Shown piece after piece: positions 36,188-53,064 of a stretch of 64,000 bases of DNA; position 1 is the first letter of the stretch, and each line of letters opens with the position of its first letter. The notes beneath the pieces were generated by a model, which worked only from the letters and a program-made list of their open reading frames with translations, was not told the DNA's origin and did no database searches. This DNA comes from Minisyncoccota bacterium (lineage in GTDB: Bacteria; Patescibacteriota; Minisyncoccia; Phycocordibacterales; SBAW01): assembly GCA_018060985.1 (NCBI GenBank), contig JAGOUZ010000001.1, positions 85,057 through 149,056 of the forward strand, read 5' to 3'. A program made the translations under genes and the position numbers.

Positions 36188-36952
36188 CTAGCGCAAAGAG
36201 CGGTCAAGGGTATACTCGCCCACTTTGTTGCGAAGGATATGGAGCGCGAGTGCCGGTACCCCAAGCTCTTTGCCAAGCCCATGAGCAATAGAGCGTGCAT
36301 AGGTGCCGCTCGAGCAGGATATTGAAATAGTGGCGCATGGGAACTCGCGCGACCCTTCTGCCTTTAGACGACGCTTCCACAGGCGTATAGTCTCATCCTG
36401 CCTAAAGTCCCCTTCAACCTTTTCTACATTCTCTTCTATATAGTTTAGGAGGCTGTGTTCGTCTACTTTATACATCGCGGTAAGCTGGATGTCATAAATA
36501 ACGACCACTTTGCGCGGCAACACGAGCGTGCTTATAGCACCGCCGCGCGCCCATTCAATCAAAGATTTTCCTTCAACGGTTTTAGAAGAGTACGGTGGAT
36601 ACTCTTGTGCAAAGGTCCCGCGGAATTCATTTAAGCCTTTTAGAACCGCTTCGCGCCTCACGGTTGATGCATCACCCGCGTCCATAACGCGGCCGAGGAT
36701 ATCGTAGGTGTCGGTGGAAAAGCCAAACAACACGTCGAGCGTATACTCTTTGGTCATGTCCAAATACTGCTCGCGGCGCTTGTTCATCGAGCCAACCAGG
36801 CACAGAAGTACGCCTTCGGCCATCGGGTCAAGCCGACCGGCGTAAGAAAGTACCTCATGCTCATATTCGGGCCTCTGGATTCGTAAACGCTCTAACCGCT
36901 CGCGGGGTGTTTCGCCAAGATTTTTGTATAAATTCAGTACTTCTCCACCCAT
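36188..36952 (-). CDS. truB: tRNA pseudouridine(55) synthase TruB-like
   Basis: AGRLDPMAEGVLLCLVG and LDMTKEYTLDVLFGFSTDTYDILGRV, matching the TruB KEY / TDT.D..G blocks. Confidence 0.7.
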   Translation of the reverse strand: MGGEVLNLYKNLGETPRERLERLRIQRPEYEHEVLSYAGRLDPMAEGVLLCLVGSMNKRREQYLDMTKEYTLDVLFGFSTDTYDILGRVMDAGDASTVRREAVLKGLNEFRGTFAQEYPPYSSKTVEGKSLIEWARGGAISTLVLPRKVVVIYDIQLTAMYKVDEHSLLNYIEENVEKVEGDFRQDETIRLWKRRLKAEGSREFPCATISISCSSGTYARSIAHGLGKELGVPALALHILRNKVGEYTLDRSLR

Positions 36953-36985
36953 AAATATCTTGCTACACTATCACTAACAGACTAT

Positions 36986-38233
36986 ATGTCCAAAAAAGAC
37001 CGACTTTCAACGGAACCATACAAAGGAGTGCGCGACTTTTATCCGGAAGATCAGGCATTTTTAAATTACATTATCGCTACCCAGCGCCAGGTTGTGGAGC
37101 GTTTTGGCTATGCTGAGTACAGCGCCTCGATTCTTGAGCCGTCCGAACTCTATAAAAACAAGGGTGCCGAAAATGAAGAGATCGTAAACGAGCAAACCTA
37201 CACGTTTACCGACCGTGGAGACCGCGAAGTAACCCTCCGTCCCGAGATGACGCCCACTGTAGCGCGCCTGGTGGCTGGTAAGAGGCGTGAACTGGGCTTC
37301 CCCCTCCGTTGGTACTCAATACCCAATCTCTTCCGTTACGAGCGTCCACAGCGCGGCAGACTCCGTGAGCACTGGCAGTTAAATGTAGACATCTTTGGTT
37401 CAAACGCGGCTGAAGCTGATGCAGAAGTTATCGCAGTAGCAAGCGCTGTTATGAAAGCGTTTGGGGCTACAGACAGCGACTTTGTCATAAAAGTGGCGAG
37501 CCGCAAGTTCCTCGATACTCTAACCAAAGACCTCGGACTCTCTGAAGCAACTGCTAAAAAGCTACGGGGCATTCTTGATCGAAAAGACAAGGTGACAAAA
37601 GAACAGTTTGAGGCGGATCTTACAGAAATTGGCGTAGCGCTCGAGATTACTTCGCCAAACAATCCACCCGAAGACGTTAAAGAAATACTACGCCTTCTTA
37701 AAGCCATGGGGGTGACCAATGCCGTGTTTGAGCCGTCTATAGTGCGCGGGTTCGACTACTACACCGGTATAGTGTTTGAGGTATTTGATACCCATCCAGA
37801 AAATAATCGCGCGCTTCTTGGCGGCGGCCGCTACGACAACCTTCTTGAACTTTTTGACGACAGCACTATACCCGGCGTGGGTTTTGGCATGGGCGACGCC
37901 ACCATTCGCGACTTTTTGACCGTGCGCAACATGCTCCCCGACTATGCGCCTGCAACCAAGGTGTACGTGGCTGTAGCGGGAACAGAGTTTGTACCAGCAG
38001 CGCTTGAACTTGCAGACGGTCTCCGCAAAGAAGGCGTGGCTACAGCAGTAGACTTTGGCGAAAAGAAGCTGGGCGACCAGATTAAGACTGCAGACAAACA
38101 GCGCGTCCCGTACGTTATTGTTATTGGTTCCGACGAAGCCTCAAGCGGCAACTACAAAGTAAAAGATCTCGCAACGGGCGAAGAAAAGCGGCTTAGTCGT
38201 ACAGAGCTCGCCTCTTTTTTCCTAAACCTCTAG
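36986..38233 (+). CDS. hisS: Histidine--tRNA ligase
   Basis: Class II motifs: EVTLRPEMTPTVARLV, RWYSIPNLFRYERPQRGRLREHWQ, GGGRYDNL. C-terminal anticodon-binding domain. Confidence 0.9.
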   Translation: MSKKDRLSTEPYKGVRDFYPEDQAFLNYIIATQRQVVERFGYAEYSASILEPSELYKNKGAENEEIVNEQTYTFTDRGDREVTLRPEMTPTVARLVAGKRRELGFPLRWYSIPNLFRYERPQRGRLREHWQLNVDIFGSNAAEADAEVIAVASAVMKAFGATDSDFVIKVASRKFLDTLTKDLGLSEATAKKLRGILDRKDKVTKEQFEADLTEIGVALEITSPNNPPEDVKEILRLLKAMGVTNAVFEPSIVRGFDYYTGIVFEVFDTHPENNRALLGGGRYDNLLELFDDSTIPGVGFGMGDATIRDFLTVRNMLPDYAPATKVYVAVAGTEFVPAALELADGLRKEGVATAVDFGEKKLGDQIKTADKQRVPYVIVIGSDEASSGNYKVKDLATGEEKRLSRTELASFFLNL

Positions 38234-38242
38234 AATTACTGA

Positions 38243-38812
38243 ATGCGCAAAGTTACACTCGACATAGAAACCGAGGGCGATTTCCGTACTAACGGCGATT
38301 TTGGCAATTTAGAAGTTACGATTGCCTGTATTCACGACTCTGAAACGGATGAGTTTAAAAGCTTCCTAAAGCCGGAGCTTTCTGGGCTATGGCCCATACT
38401 TGAACAGGCCGATCTTATTATCGGCTACAACTCCGATCACTTTGATATCCCGATACTTAACAAATACTACGCGGGAGATCTGTCTAAAATTAGGAGTGTT
38501 GACCTCCTCAAAGAGATTAAAAACGCGTTTGGTAGAAGATTAAAGCTCGACAGCGTTGCCGAGGGCACCTTAGGTAAGAAAAAAAGCGGTCACGGTCTTG
38601 ATGCCGTGCAGTGGTGGAAGGAGGGCAAAGTAGATAAAGTACGCCAGTATTGCATCGACGATGTGCGTATAACCCGCGATATCTATGACTACGCCAGAAA
38701 AAACGGCTCTATAAAATACCGCGACTTTGACGGTATCCGTGAGATAAAACTCGACACCAGCAAATGGGAGGAGGGCGGCCCGGCAGCTATCACCCACACG
38801 CTTCCGTTCTAG
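38243..38812 (+). CDS. Predicted 3'-5' exonuclease of the RNase H-like fold (DnaQ/PolB-exo-like)
   Basis: TLDIETEG (Exo I-like) ... IIGYNSDHFDIPIL (Exo II-like) ... YCIDDVRITRDIYDY (Exo III-like). Confidence 0.55.
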   Translation: MRKVTLDIETEGDFRTNGDFGNLEVTIACIHDSETDEFKSFLKPELSGLWPILEQADLIIGYNSDHFDIPILNKYYAGDLSKIRSVDLLKEIKNAFGRRLKLDSVAEGTLGKKKSGHGLDAVQWWKEGKVDKVRQYCIDDVRITRDIYDYARKNGSIKYRDFDGIREIKLDTSKWEEGGPAAITHTLPF

Positions 38813-38878
38813 AGCGGGACAATCTGTGCACACTGTCAAGACTTTTACCGGCAGTGTAAATCAGTACAATAGACATAT

Positions 38879-39592
38879 ATGAAAAGCCAATACGTGTTGC
38901 CTATTACTATAGTAGTTGCGGGTCTTTTAATAGCGGGTGCAGTATTTTTGCTCGGTGGTGATGGAGGCGGTGCTACGACCGACTCTCAAAATATCAAAGG
39001 CCGCGCATTTGACCCATCCAAAGACTACATCGTGGGCAACCCTGACGCTCCTATCAAAGTGGTTGAGTACGCAGACCTCGAGTGCCCATTCTGCAAAACT
39101 TTCCACAACACCATGCACCAGGTTATGCAGTACTACGGCCCTGGCGGTCAGGTGGCGTGGGTATTCCGCCCATTTCCTCTAGCACAGCTTCACTCTAAAG
39201 CACCGCGCGAAGCGCAGGCTGCAGAATGTGCCGGTGAACAGGGCGGTAGCGAAGCATTCTTTAAATTTATCGATCGTCTCTACGAAGTTACCCCGTCATC
39301 AAACGGTCTCGATCTTAACCAACTCCCCGTTATTGCTGGCGAAGTTGGCCTTGATACCAATGCGTTTAACTCCTGCCTTGCAAGCGAAAAATATGCCAAG
39401 AAAGTCAGCGAATCATACGCAGAAGCTATTAAACTAGGTGCGCAGGGTACGCCATACACACTCATCATGGTTGGCGACGAAGCAGTAACCCTCCCAGGCA
39501 ATCAGCCGTATGACTCAATGCGCGCTGCTATCGACGCAGTACTCGTAGGCGTAAATGCTCCAGCAGCAACTGAAGAGACTCCGGCTCAGTAA
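38879..39592 (+). CDS. DsbA-family thiol:disulfide oxidoreductase, membrane-anchored
   Basis: N-terminal TM. VEYADLECPFCKTFH thioredoxin CPxC active site. Confidence 0.8.
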   Translation: MKSQYVLPITIVVAGLLIAGAVFLLGGDGGGATTDSQNIKGRAFDPSKDYIVGNPDAPIKVVEYADLECPFCKTFHNTMHQVMQYYGPGGQVAWVFRPFPLAQLHSKAPREAQAAECAGEQGGSEAFFKFIDRLYEVTPSSNGLDLNQLPVIAGEVGLDTNAFNSCLASEKYAKKVSESYAEAIKLGAQGTPYTLIMVGDEAVTLPGNQPYDSMRAAIDAVLVGVNAPAATEETPAQ

Positions 39593-39595
39593 GCT

Positions 39596-40453
39596 CTATT
39601 CGTCGGGTTTAAAGTGCACATCATAGGCCTCGGGCATGAGGTTGATGCGATATATATCAAACGAATTCTCCCCTTCAAATATATCTGACGGGTTAGGGAG
39701 AAACACGCGCGCTGTAGCGAGCGAATCTGTTGCATCGCGCAATAGCCGGTTAAAGATAATAAATTCCTCTCTAAACTTGCGGAAGTCGACGACATACCGT
39801 CTCATCTGCGAACTACCGTCGGCATTGCGCGGGATCTTCCACTCGTGGACGATAAAGCGGCGCACGGGCTTGTTAAAGCTCTTTTTGACCGTGTAGTAGT
39901 TAAATATTGCTTGTAGGATAAAGAGTGAACGGTCTCCTCCTGCTGGGCTAAACGCCCCCACAAACTTATGGTCTATAACGTCGATGCCGCGCTTGTCGAC
40001 CTTGCTAACGGCCACAAGGTCAGAAACTGCCTTAACCGGTAGAACCAGACCTTCTACCTTGGCCATCCCCTTAACTTCAACCCCAAGTACTTTATAGACG
40101 GGAGGCCTTGCGGCAAAGTACTCCATCACCTGAGTGTACTCGCGCTCCATGGCTAAACGCTTCTTCTTTTGGGCAGCTTTGCTTTTAACTTTTTTACCGA
40201 AGTTAATCTCAAAGTCTGCAATGTTACGCAAATATTCCAGCCCAAGTTCGCGCGCTGCCTCAAGCCCCACGCCCGTATAGTAATGCTCTACCGCCTTATG
40301 CGCTGCGCGCCCTACCGCGGCTGCTGGGCCCATCGGGGTGTCGTATACCTGCTCTACATAGCGCTTGTACCAAGCAAGCGGGTTGCGCAGGTAGGCCATA
40401 AGGGACGAGAAGCTCCAGTGCATGATCGGAAGTTTGGGAGCCTTGGTAACCAT
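39596..40453 (-). CDS. PD-(D/E)xK nuclease superfamily protein (PDDEXK_1 / Cas4-RecB-like fold), tentative
   Basis: N-terminal HWSFSSLMAYLRNPLAWYKRYV, like the family's N-terminal helix. ...SKVDKRGIDVIDHKFVG (D...D-H-K) resembles the catalytic D / (D/E)xK block. Confidence 0.45.
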   Translation of the reverse strand: MVTKAPKLPIMHWSFSSLMAYLRNPLAWYKRYVEQVYDTPMGPAAAVGRAAHKAVEHYYTGVGLEAARELGLEYLRNIADFEINFGKKVKSKAAQKKKRLAMEREYTQVMEYFAARPPVYKVLGVEVKGMAKVEGLVLPVKAVSDLVAVSKVDKRGIDVIDHKFVGAFSPAGGDRSLFILQAIFNYYTVKKSFNKPVRRFIVHEWKIPRNADGSSQMRRYVVDFRKFREEFIIFNRLLRDATDSLATARVFLPNPSDIFEGENSFDIYRINLMPEAYDVHFKPDE

Positions 40454-40517
40454 ATAATAAGTATAACAATCTAAGGTAAGAAAAAGGGCCGGTGTGAACC
40501 GGCCCCGTTGAAGGTGG

Positions 40518-41372
40518 CTACGTTACTAGTGTCCCCTCCAGCACAAAGATCTTGTGAAAGACAGGGTCGCCGCTGCAACGCCTCATTTCTGCTTCACGCG
40601 CATTTAGAGGCATACAAGCCTCAGAGTCAGCAAAGAACTCGAACTCGGATTCGTCTCGACCTTCTGATTCGATTGTCGCGAGAGAACTCAGAGACGTTGC
40701 CGCATGCTGCGGCACGACCGCCTGGTACAGTACCCTCGACGTGTATCCGCACTCACCGAACATAGTGTGGAGTCGCCTTTCTCCGGGGCGACCACTGAGA
40801 TTCAAGACAACCTTACCCTTAGGAACCAGGACGTTTCGTGCGGCTTTGAGAAGTGCCTCATTGAGTGCAAGGCCGCACGCGTGCCGCTTAGAACACGGGA
40901 ACATGCTTGGATCGTAGTAGTGGGCGATTCGGTCTGACTCGCGCAAGTCCTGCGTCGTCGTGGGAACCTGCGGCAAACAGCCAAAGACCACGTCGACTTC
41001 GGGCGTAGTCTGCCCCTCGCCCGCAAAGACAAGATTCCTACTACCCTCGAGTGGATTGTAGGAGGAACAATCAACGCCCGCCGCCTTCAGGTTGGAGAAG
41101 GCAAGCGATACGCAGTCGGGATTGTAGTCCGAGAAGTACCACGTCGCATCAGGGACTATCTCACTCAGCGCGACGAGATTGATCCCAGTTCCCACACCGA
41201 CTTCCCACAAACGAGCCGAGGCAAAGTCGTCTGACACTGCCATAAGTCCTCGAAGAAATGTTGCGTTCCAGTGGTCAGGCTTGAAGGCCCAGTCTGGAAC
41301 TTGCACTTTGGTGAAGGTGTGCCCCCCAACAAGCTCAGGCGGCAGAAGGTCCCGCAAATTATACAGGCTCAT
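40518..41372 (-). CDS. Class I SAM-dependent methyltransferase of uncertain substrate
   Basis: Motif I EVGVGTGINL; acidic β2 end YFSDYNP; motif IV-like DVVFGCLPQVP, i.e. no canonical (D/N)PP(Y/F). Start set at the Met with an AGGGGAG RBS. GC is higher than the neighbouring genes. Confidence 0.55.
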   Translation of the reverse strand: MSLYNLRDLLPPELVGGHTFTKVQVPDWAFKPDHWNATFLRGLMAVSDDFASARLWEVGVGTGINLVALSEIVPDATWYFSDYNPDCVSLAFSNLKAAGVDCSSYNPLEGSRNLVFAGEGQTTPEVDVVFGCLPQVPTTTQDLRESDRIAHYYDPSMFPCSKRHACGLALNEALLKAARNVLVPKGKVVLNLSGRPGERRLHTMFGECGYTSRVLYQAVVPQHAATSLSSLATIESEGRDESEFEFFADSEACMPLNAREAEMRRCSGDPVFHKIFVLEGTLVT

Positions 41373-41537
41373 TGTCACTCCCCTTGTGTCATTCCGTTTC
41401 GAACAAAAACGATGCATAAGTAAGACAATCTCTTACCCCACGTTTTCAGCACAAAGCGCCTCCCCATTGGAAGCGCGTCTAACATAGTACTCCTTCTTAA
41501 AAGGAAGGCAATCGGGATATGTATTAAGCCTCTGCGT

Positions 41538-42764
41538 TTAGTAGCTTCTGAGTCTTTTTGCTTTCTCGTGCGTGCGGATACGCTCCAGGGCTTTAGCCTC
41601 GATCTGACGAATGCGCTCACGCGTGACACCGAACTTTTTACCCACCTCTTCGAGCGTATGGTAGATGCCGTCCTCAAGGCCGTGACGGAGTTTCAAAATT
41701 TCGCGTTCTTTTGGAGAGAGCTCATCCAAAATCTCTTTCAGCTGGTCGGCCAAGATACGGCGTGCCACCTCTTGGTCTGGGGAGAGAATCTTGTCGTCTT
41801 TGATAAAGTCGCCAAGAACCGACTTGCCGTCGTCATCGTCAGAACCAACTGGCGACTCAAGCGACACAGTGTCCTGGTCGATCTTTTCGATCTGGTAAAC
41901 CTTTTCTACATCAATACCCATCTCAAGTGCGATCTCTTCAGCGAGCGGGTCGCGACCAAGGTCTTGGGAAAGGCGGCGGGAAACTTGTTTGTATTTAGCG
42001 ATGGTCTCAACCATGTGCACAGGGATGCGGATGGTGCGGCTCTGGTCGGCAAGTGCACGCGTAATAGCCTGGCGGATCCACCACGTTGCATAGGTAGAAA
42101 ACTTAAAGCCTTTGGTGAAGTCGAATTTATCTACCGCCTTAAAGAGGCCGATGTTGCCCTCTTGAATAAGGTCGAGAAGCGTAAGGTCGGGCGAGCGGCC
42201 CACATATTTTTTAGCAATAGAAACCACAAGACGGAGGTTTGCACGAGCAAGCAGGTTGCGAGCCTCGGCATCGCCATCAACAATACGCTTAGCTAGGTCG
42301 CGCTCAGACTGGGCATTGAGGAGCGGATACTTACCTATTTCGCGCAGGTACATCTGGATAGAGTCGTACTGACTATCAGAACGTGAGTAGCCCTTTTCTG
42401 GCTCGGCATCTACCTCAAGCAAGCCGCCGCCCTCGAGCACGTCGATGTGTGCAGTAGCAAACTTTTCGTAGAGTTCTTCAAGGAACTCGACATCGGTCTC
42501 GATGTTCGGGAAGGCTTTCAGAATTTCATCATAGGTAACAAACCCGCGCTCGCGGCCGCGCACCATGAGACCCTCGGCCTTACGGCTTTGGTCGTCGTGC
42601 TTTTTTTGGAGCTTAGGGTTGAGCTTGGCTGCCGGGGCTGCCTTTGCTTTTTTAACTACCTTTTTAGGTGCGAGCTTAGACCGCTTCTTGGCGGCTGCCA
42701 TGCGATATTGCCGCGCCTTCCTCTGCTTGGAGGGCGCTTTTTTAGATTTCTTGGCCTTCGCCAT
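41538..42764 (-). CDS. rpoD: Primary RNA polymerase sigma factor (sigma-70/RpoD) with a Lys/Ala-rich N-terminal tail
   Basis: [40 protein letters not shown] and region 4 [24 protein letters not shown]. Lies directly downstream of dnaG. Confidence 0.9.
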   Translation of the reverse strand: MAKAKKSKKAPSKQRKARQYRMAAAKKRSKLAPKKVVKKAKAAPAAKLNPKLQKKHDDQSRKAEGLMVRGRERGFVTYDEILKAFPNIETDVEFLEELYEKFATAHIDVLEGGGLLEVDAEPEKGYSRSDSQYDSIQMYLREIGKYPLLNAQSERDLAKRIVDGDAEARNLLARANLRLVVSIAKKYVGRSPDLTLLDLIQEGNIGLFKAVDKFDFTKGFKFSTYATWWIRQAITRALADQSRTIRIPVHMVETIAKYKQVSRRLSQDLGRDPLAEEIALEMGIDVEKVYQIEKIDQDTVSLESPVGSDDDDGKSVLGDFIKDDKILSPDQEVARRILADQLKEILDELSPKEREILKLRHGLEDGIYHTLEEVGKKFGVTRERIRQIEAKALERIRTHEKAKRLRSY

Positions 42765-42789
42765 AGTTGGTGACTATTCTACCACACTA

Positions 42790-44406
42790 TTACAAAAATT
42801 TCATTCTAAACTGCTCTTTATGCACCACGCCTCCAATCTGCCGAAGCATGTCCTCGGCTACCACCTCTGCGGTAGTATGTTCCCCTAGCTCAGACTCAAA
42901 CCTAAAGCGCAGCGTTTCTGCCTGCAATTCTAGACGCTTTTCGAGAGCAGTCACCTCCTCTTCGCCAAGGAGCTCCGCAAGCTTTTTACGAATTTCCGAC
43001 TCTGGCGCGAACTGGAAAATAATCATCCCCGCTTTGCGCTCGATAGGAGTAAGAACCGCATCTTCGAGCGCCTGTACCGCTTGCTGTTCTTCTTCGGTCA
43101 CTTCGCGCAAAACCGGATGCTTGGCAACCTCGGCCAGTACGGCCGCCTCGGGCACACGCAGGCGCTCCGCAACAATGCGGCTAAAGTGCGCCTGCTCTAT
43201 CTTGCTGCCCATGGCAGATATAAGCGGGAGTATTTGTGACTCAACTAACTTTTGGTACGCGCGCTCGTCTTTTGCTTGCGGGCGGATCGCATCTAAAAAG
43301 AATTCAACCGCCGTTCTACTGGTACGAACAGCGGCTTTGAGAAGCTCTGGGTTTTCGCGTGCCACATCGGCCGGATCCTTACCTTCGGGAAATAGTGGAA
43401 CCTTTACCTCAAACCCCGCTGCAAAGGCCATCAGAGCGCTTTTAAGGCCACTACGCACGCCGGCCTGGTCTGCATCGAGTGCAAGTACTAAACGCTTAGA
43501 AAGCCGTCCTAGGAGCGATAGGTGCTCAACGGTTAGTGCGGTACCCGAGAGTGCAACGGTAAATGGTAAGCCGGACTGATGCGACAAAATTAAATCGAAC
43601 TGGCCCTCTACTAATAAAATGCAGTCGAGCTTGCGGATAGGACCACGCGCTCGATCCAGGCCATAAAGCACCTTCGACTTTTTAAACAGTGCAGTCTCGG
43701 GCGAGTTTACATACTTAGCAGGTTCGACATCGTCTTTCTGGCCCGGGACCTTCTCAAAAAACCTGCCAGACACAGCGATAGGCTGCCCTGCATTGTCGAA
43801 GATAGGAAAGATAATCCTGCCCCGAAAGCGGTCAAACACTTCCCCCTGTTTTTTTTCTGAACGCACGGCAAAGCCTGCATCAACCATTTCGTCTTTAATA
43901 AACCCCTGCCCTGCCAAGTGTTTAGAAAGCTCTTCCCACATGGCGGGCGCGTAGCCAAGGCGCCACGCAGTAGTAGTTTCCGGCAAGACGCCCCGAGTAT
44001 GCAAATACGCCTGCACATCTTTGCGCTCAGCAAGCTGCCCTTCAAAAAACTTAACGGCACCCTCGGTTACCTGTCGCAGACGTTCCTCTTTGTCTTTGTT
44101 CTCGGTCGACTGGGTAAAGCGCTGTTCGAGTGTAACCCCCGCTTTTTCTGCAAGCTGGCGAAGCACGGTGGGGAAGTCGGTCCCCTCTAGCTTTTGTACG
44201 AAACTAAAAATATCACCACGTTCGCCACACCCAAAGCACATGTAGGTGCCGCGCTCAGGGCTTATGTGGAAGCTCGGCGTCTTTTCTTTATGGAAAGGAC
44301 AGCGCGCCGTGTAGTTGCGACCTGCTTTTTTAAGCTGGATGTACTGCCCCGCTATGTCGACGATAGAAAGGCGGTCTTTAATCTTTTCTACATCACTAGA
44401 AGACAT
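42790..44406 (-). CDS. dnaG: DNA primase
   Basis: Zinc-binding CPFHKEKTPSFHISPERGTYMCFGCGERGD, then a Toprim domain (ILVEGQFD...DADQAG). Confidence 0.9.
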   Translation of the reverse strand: MSSSDVEKIKDRLSIVDIAGQYIQLKKAGRNYTARCPFHKEKTPSFHISPERGTYMCFGCGERGDIFSFVQKLEGTDFPTVLRQLAEKAGVTLEQRFTQSTENKDKEERLRQVTEGAVKFFEGQLAERKDVQAYLHTRGVLPETTTAWRLGYAPAMWEELSKHLAGQGFIKDEMVDAGFAVRSEKKQGEVFDRFRGRIIFPIFDNAGQPIAVSGRFFEKVPGQKDDVEPAKYVNSPETALFKKSKVLYGLDRARGPIRKLDCILLVEGQFDLILSHQSGLPFTVALSGTALTVEHLSLLGRLSKRLVLALDADQAGVRSGLKSALMAFAAGFEVKVPLFPEGKDPADVARENPELLKAAVRTSRTAVEFFLDAIRPQAKDERAYQKLVESQILPLISAMGSKIEQAHFSRIVAERLRVPEAAVLAEVAKHPVLREVTEEEQQAVQALEDAVLTPIERKAGMIIFQFAPESEIRKKLAELLGEEEVTALEKRLELQAETLRFRFESELGEHTTAEVVAEDMLRQIGGVVHKEQFRMKFL

Positions 44407-44504
44407 ATTTACCTTTAGTGTACTGCTTCACGCACCTCGCTTCGACTTGACTCTACTCAATTAAAGCGGTATGGTTTTTGAAGATAAAACGGAGGGACTT
44501 CAAA

Positions 44505-44717
44505 ATGAACATCCATCTGAGAGAACTGTACACTCTCTCGAGGCCGGCCGACCACAACCCGAACCAGCTCGCCTTTCAGAAGGAGTGCCTGCGGGAGCAC
44601 TCGCTGTCGCACGATCGCAGAGACAACAGGTGGTATTGGCGCCTCGGTGCCCTGCTCACCGTCGGAGGCATCTGCAGCATCGGCGGCATGATATACGAGA
44701 TCAGCAAATACCAGTAA
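44505..44717 (+). CDS. Small hypothetical protein with a C-terminal TM helix
   Basis: ATG 8 nt after a GGAGGG RBS. WYWRLGALLTVGGICSIGGMIYEI. Followed by a strong terminator. Confidence 0.4.
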   Translation: MNIHLRELYTLSRPADHNPNQLAFQKECLREHSLSHDRRDNRWYWRLGALLTVGGICSIGGMIYEISKYQ

Positions 44718-44742
44718 GCGAGCCTCGGCTCGCAACGCCAAA

Positions 44743-44780
44743 CGGCGCGGGGAATGTATCCCCCGCGCCGTTTTTCTTTT
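44743..44780. terminator. Strong bidirectional rho-independent terminator between the small + ORF and the end of rpoBC
   Basis: cggcgcggggaatgtatccccgcgccg followed by tttttctttt. Confidence 0.6.
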
Positions 44781-44793
44781 ATCTATGTAGTTT

Positions 44794-51651
<6,858 letters not shown>

Positions 51652-51927
51652 GGGGCTTTAATAATTACGCGGGGTTAATAATTGCCGAACCGAACAAAAG
51701 TAATCTAAAAATCGAACGCAACTAAGTTATCCACAGCCCTATAACACGAAAAAGTGCGGGGGCATATCGCTCCCTCGCTCGATTCTTCAAGCTCTCTTAT
51801 TTGGTAGTTCCCTCTACCACTATGTTGTATCGAAACCCCGCTACTCGATACTCAATCTTAGCCCTGCCTTGGTTTCGCTAATGAGTATACGCCCTTTGAA
51901 GGGGGCGTCAAGCGGAACCACCCCTAT

Positions 51928-52575
51928 TTATAGAGGTTTACTCGGTCTTTTACCCTTCCAGGCATCCATGAGGGCATGATTGCCCGAAAGAAAGACCTTA
52001 GGAACCCGGTAGGCCTTGCCTTTAACCTTAATCACCTCCGGGCGGGTGTAGACGTCGTGGGAAGCCACGCGAGACTCCTCAAGACTCTCAAAGCGACCGA
52101 GTACGCCTTTGATCTGCCTTGCAGCGGCATCGATAATGGCAAGCGCTGGCACTTCGCCACCAGTTAGGATGTACGGACCAACCGACACCTCTTCGGCCTT
52201 TAAAATCTGCTTAGCGCGAGCGTCTATGCCCTCGTAGCGACCACAGACGATAATAACGTCTTTGTTTTTAAGCAACGCCTTGGCGTAGGCATTAGTTAGA
52301 GCCTTACCACCTGCAGAAGTAATAAGTACTTTTGCTTTTGGCTTCCCCTTCTTAATCTTCTGCACGGCGCGGATTACCGGCTCGGCCTGCACCACCATGC
52401 CCGGACCTCCGCCGTAAGGGCGCTCATCTACCTTGCCCCATTTGTTAGTTACAAAATCGCGTAGTTGGTACGTTTTAACAGAAAACTTTTTTTCCTTTTG
52501 GCCACGGCCAAGAATAGACGCATTGGTATACGCTGAAATAGTCTCCGGGAAGAGTGTTATGACGTGAAAATTCAT
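51928..52575 (-). CDS. trmD: tRNA (guanine37-N1)-methyltransferase
   Basis: MNFHVITLFPETISAYTNASILGRGQ...LICGRYEGIDAR...YTRPEV. Confidence 0.9.
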   Translation of the reverse strand: MNFHVITLFPETISAYTNASILGRGQKEKKFSVKTYQLRDFVTNKWGKVDERPYGGGPGMVVQAEPVIRAVQKIKKGKPKAKVLITSAGGKALTNAYAKALLKNKDVIIVCGRYEGIDARAKQILKAEEVSVGPYILTGGEVPALAIIDAAARQIKGVLGRFESLEESRVASHDVYTRPEVIKVKGKAYRVPKVFLSGNHALMDAWKGKRPSKPL

Positions 52576-52634
52576 ACAAAAACCGTGGCACTAAAGTACC
52601 ACGGTTTTTGAGTCTTGTCAGTATTACTAACGGC

Positions 52635-53006
52635 TTAGAGTCTTAGGTCCTCCATCGCCTCGTCAACAGACTTCATTTGCTGAGAAGACTCAGGCGCAGA
52701 AGAAGAGCTCGATGAGGAAGAAGATGAACCGCCATCCCATGAACCCGCGCGGCTACCGCCAGCCGGTTCGTTGATCTTAAGATTTACGCGCGCGTTATGC
52801 TTCATGCCTACTACTCGAAGGAGTGTGCGGATTGCTTTAGCCGTGTTACCAGAGCGGCCGATCACCTTGCCCATATCGTCACCGTGGAGATCAAGCGTAA
52901 GAAGCACACCCATCTCATCGACGGTGCGGCCAATTTTGACGTCTTCCGGATGCTCTACGAGCCCTTTAACGACAAATTCCAAAAATTCCTGATCCTTTTC
53001 TGCCAT
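52635..53006 (-). CDS. KH-domain RNA-binding protein (YlqC/UPF0109-like) with a poly-Ser C-terminal tail
   Basis: LVEHPEDVKIGRTVDEMGVLLTLDLHGDDMGKVIGRSGNTAKAIRTLL. C-terminal GGSSSSSSSSSSAPESS. Confidence 0.75.
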   Translation of the reverse strand: MAEKDQEFLEFVVKGLVEHPEDVKIGRTVDEMGVLLTLDLHGDDMGKVIGRSGNTAKAIRTLLRVVGMKHNARVNLKINEPAGGSRAGSWDGGSSSSSSSSSSAPESSQQMKSVDEAMEDLRL

Positions 53007-53064
53007 GCTGTATATGAATAGTTATTAAAAGGCTAGACCTCTTAATATCTTATGAACTTACTGG

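Noticed and set aside
42767-43579. 270-aa + strand ORF
   Set aside because: Antisense within dnaG; Ser/Ala/Arg-rich with no domains.
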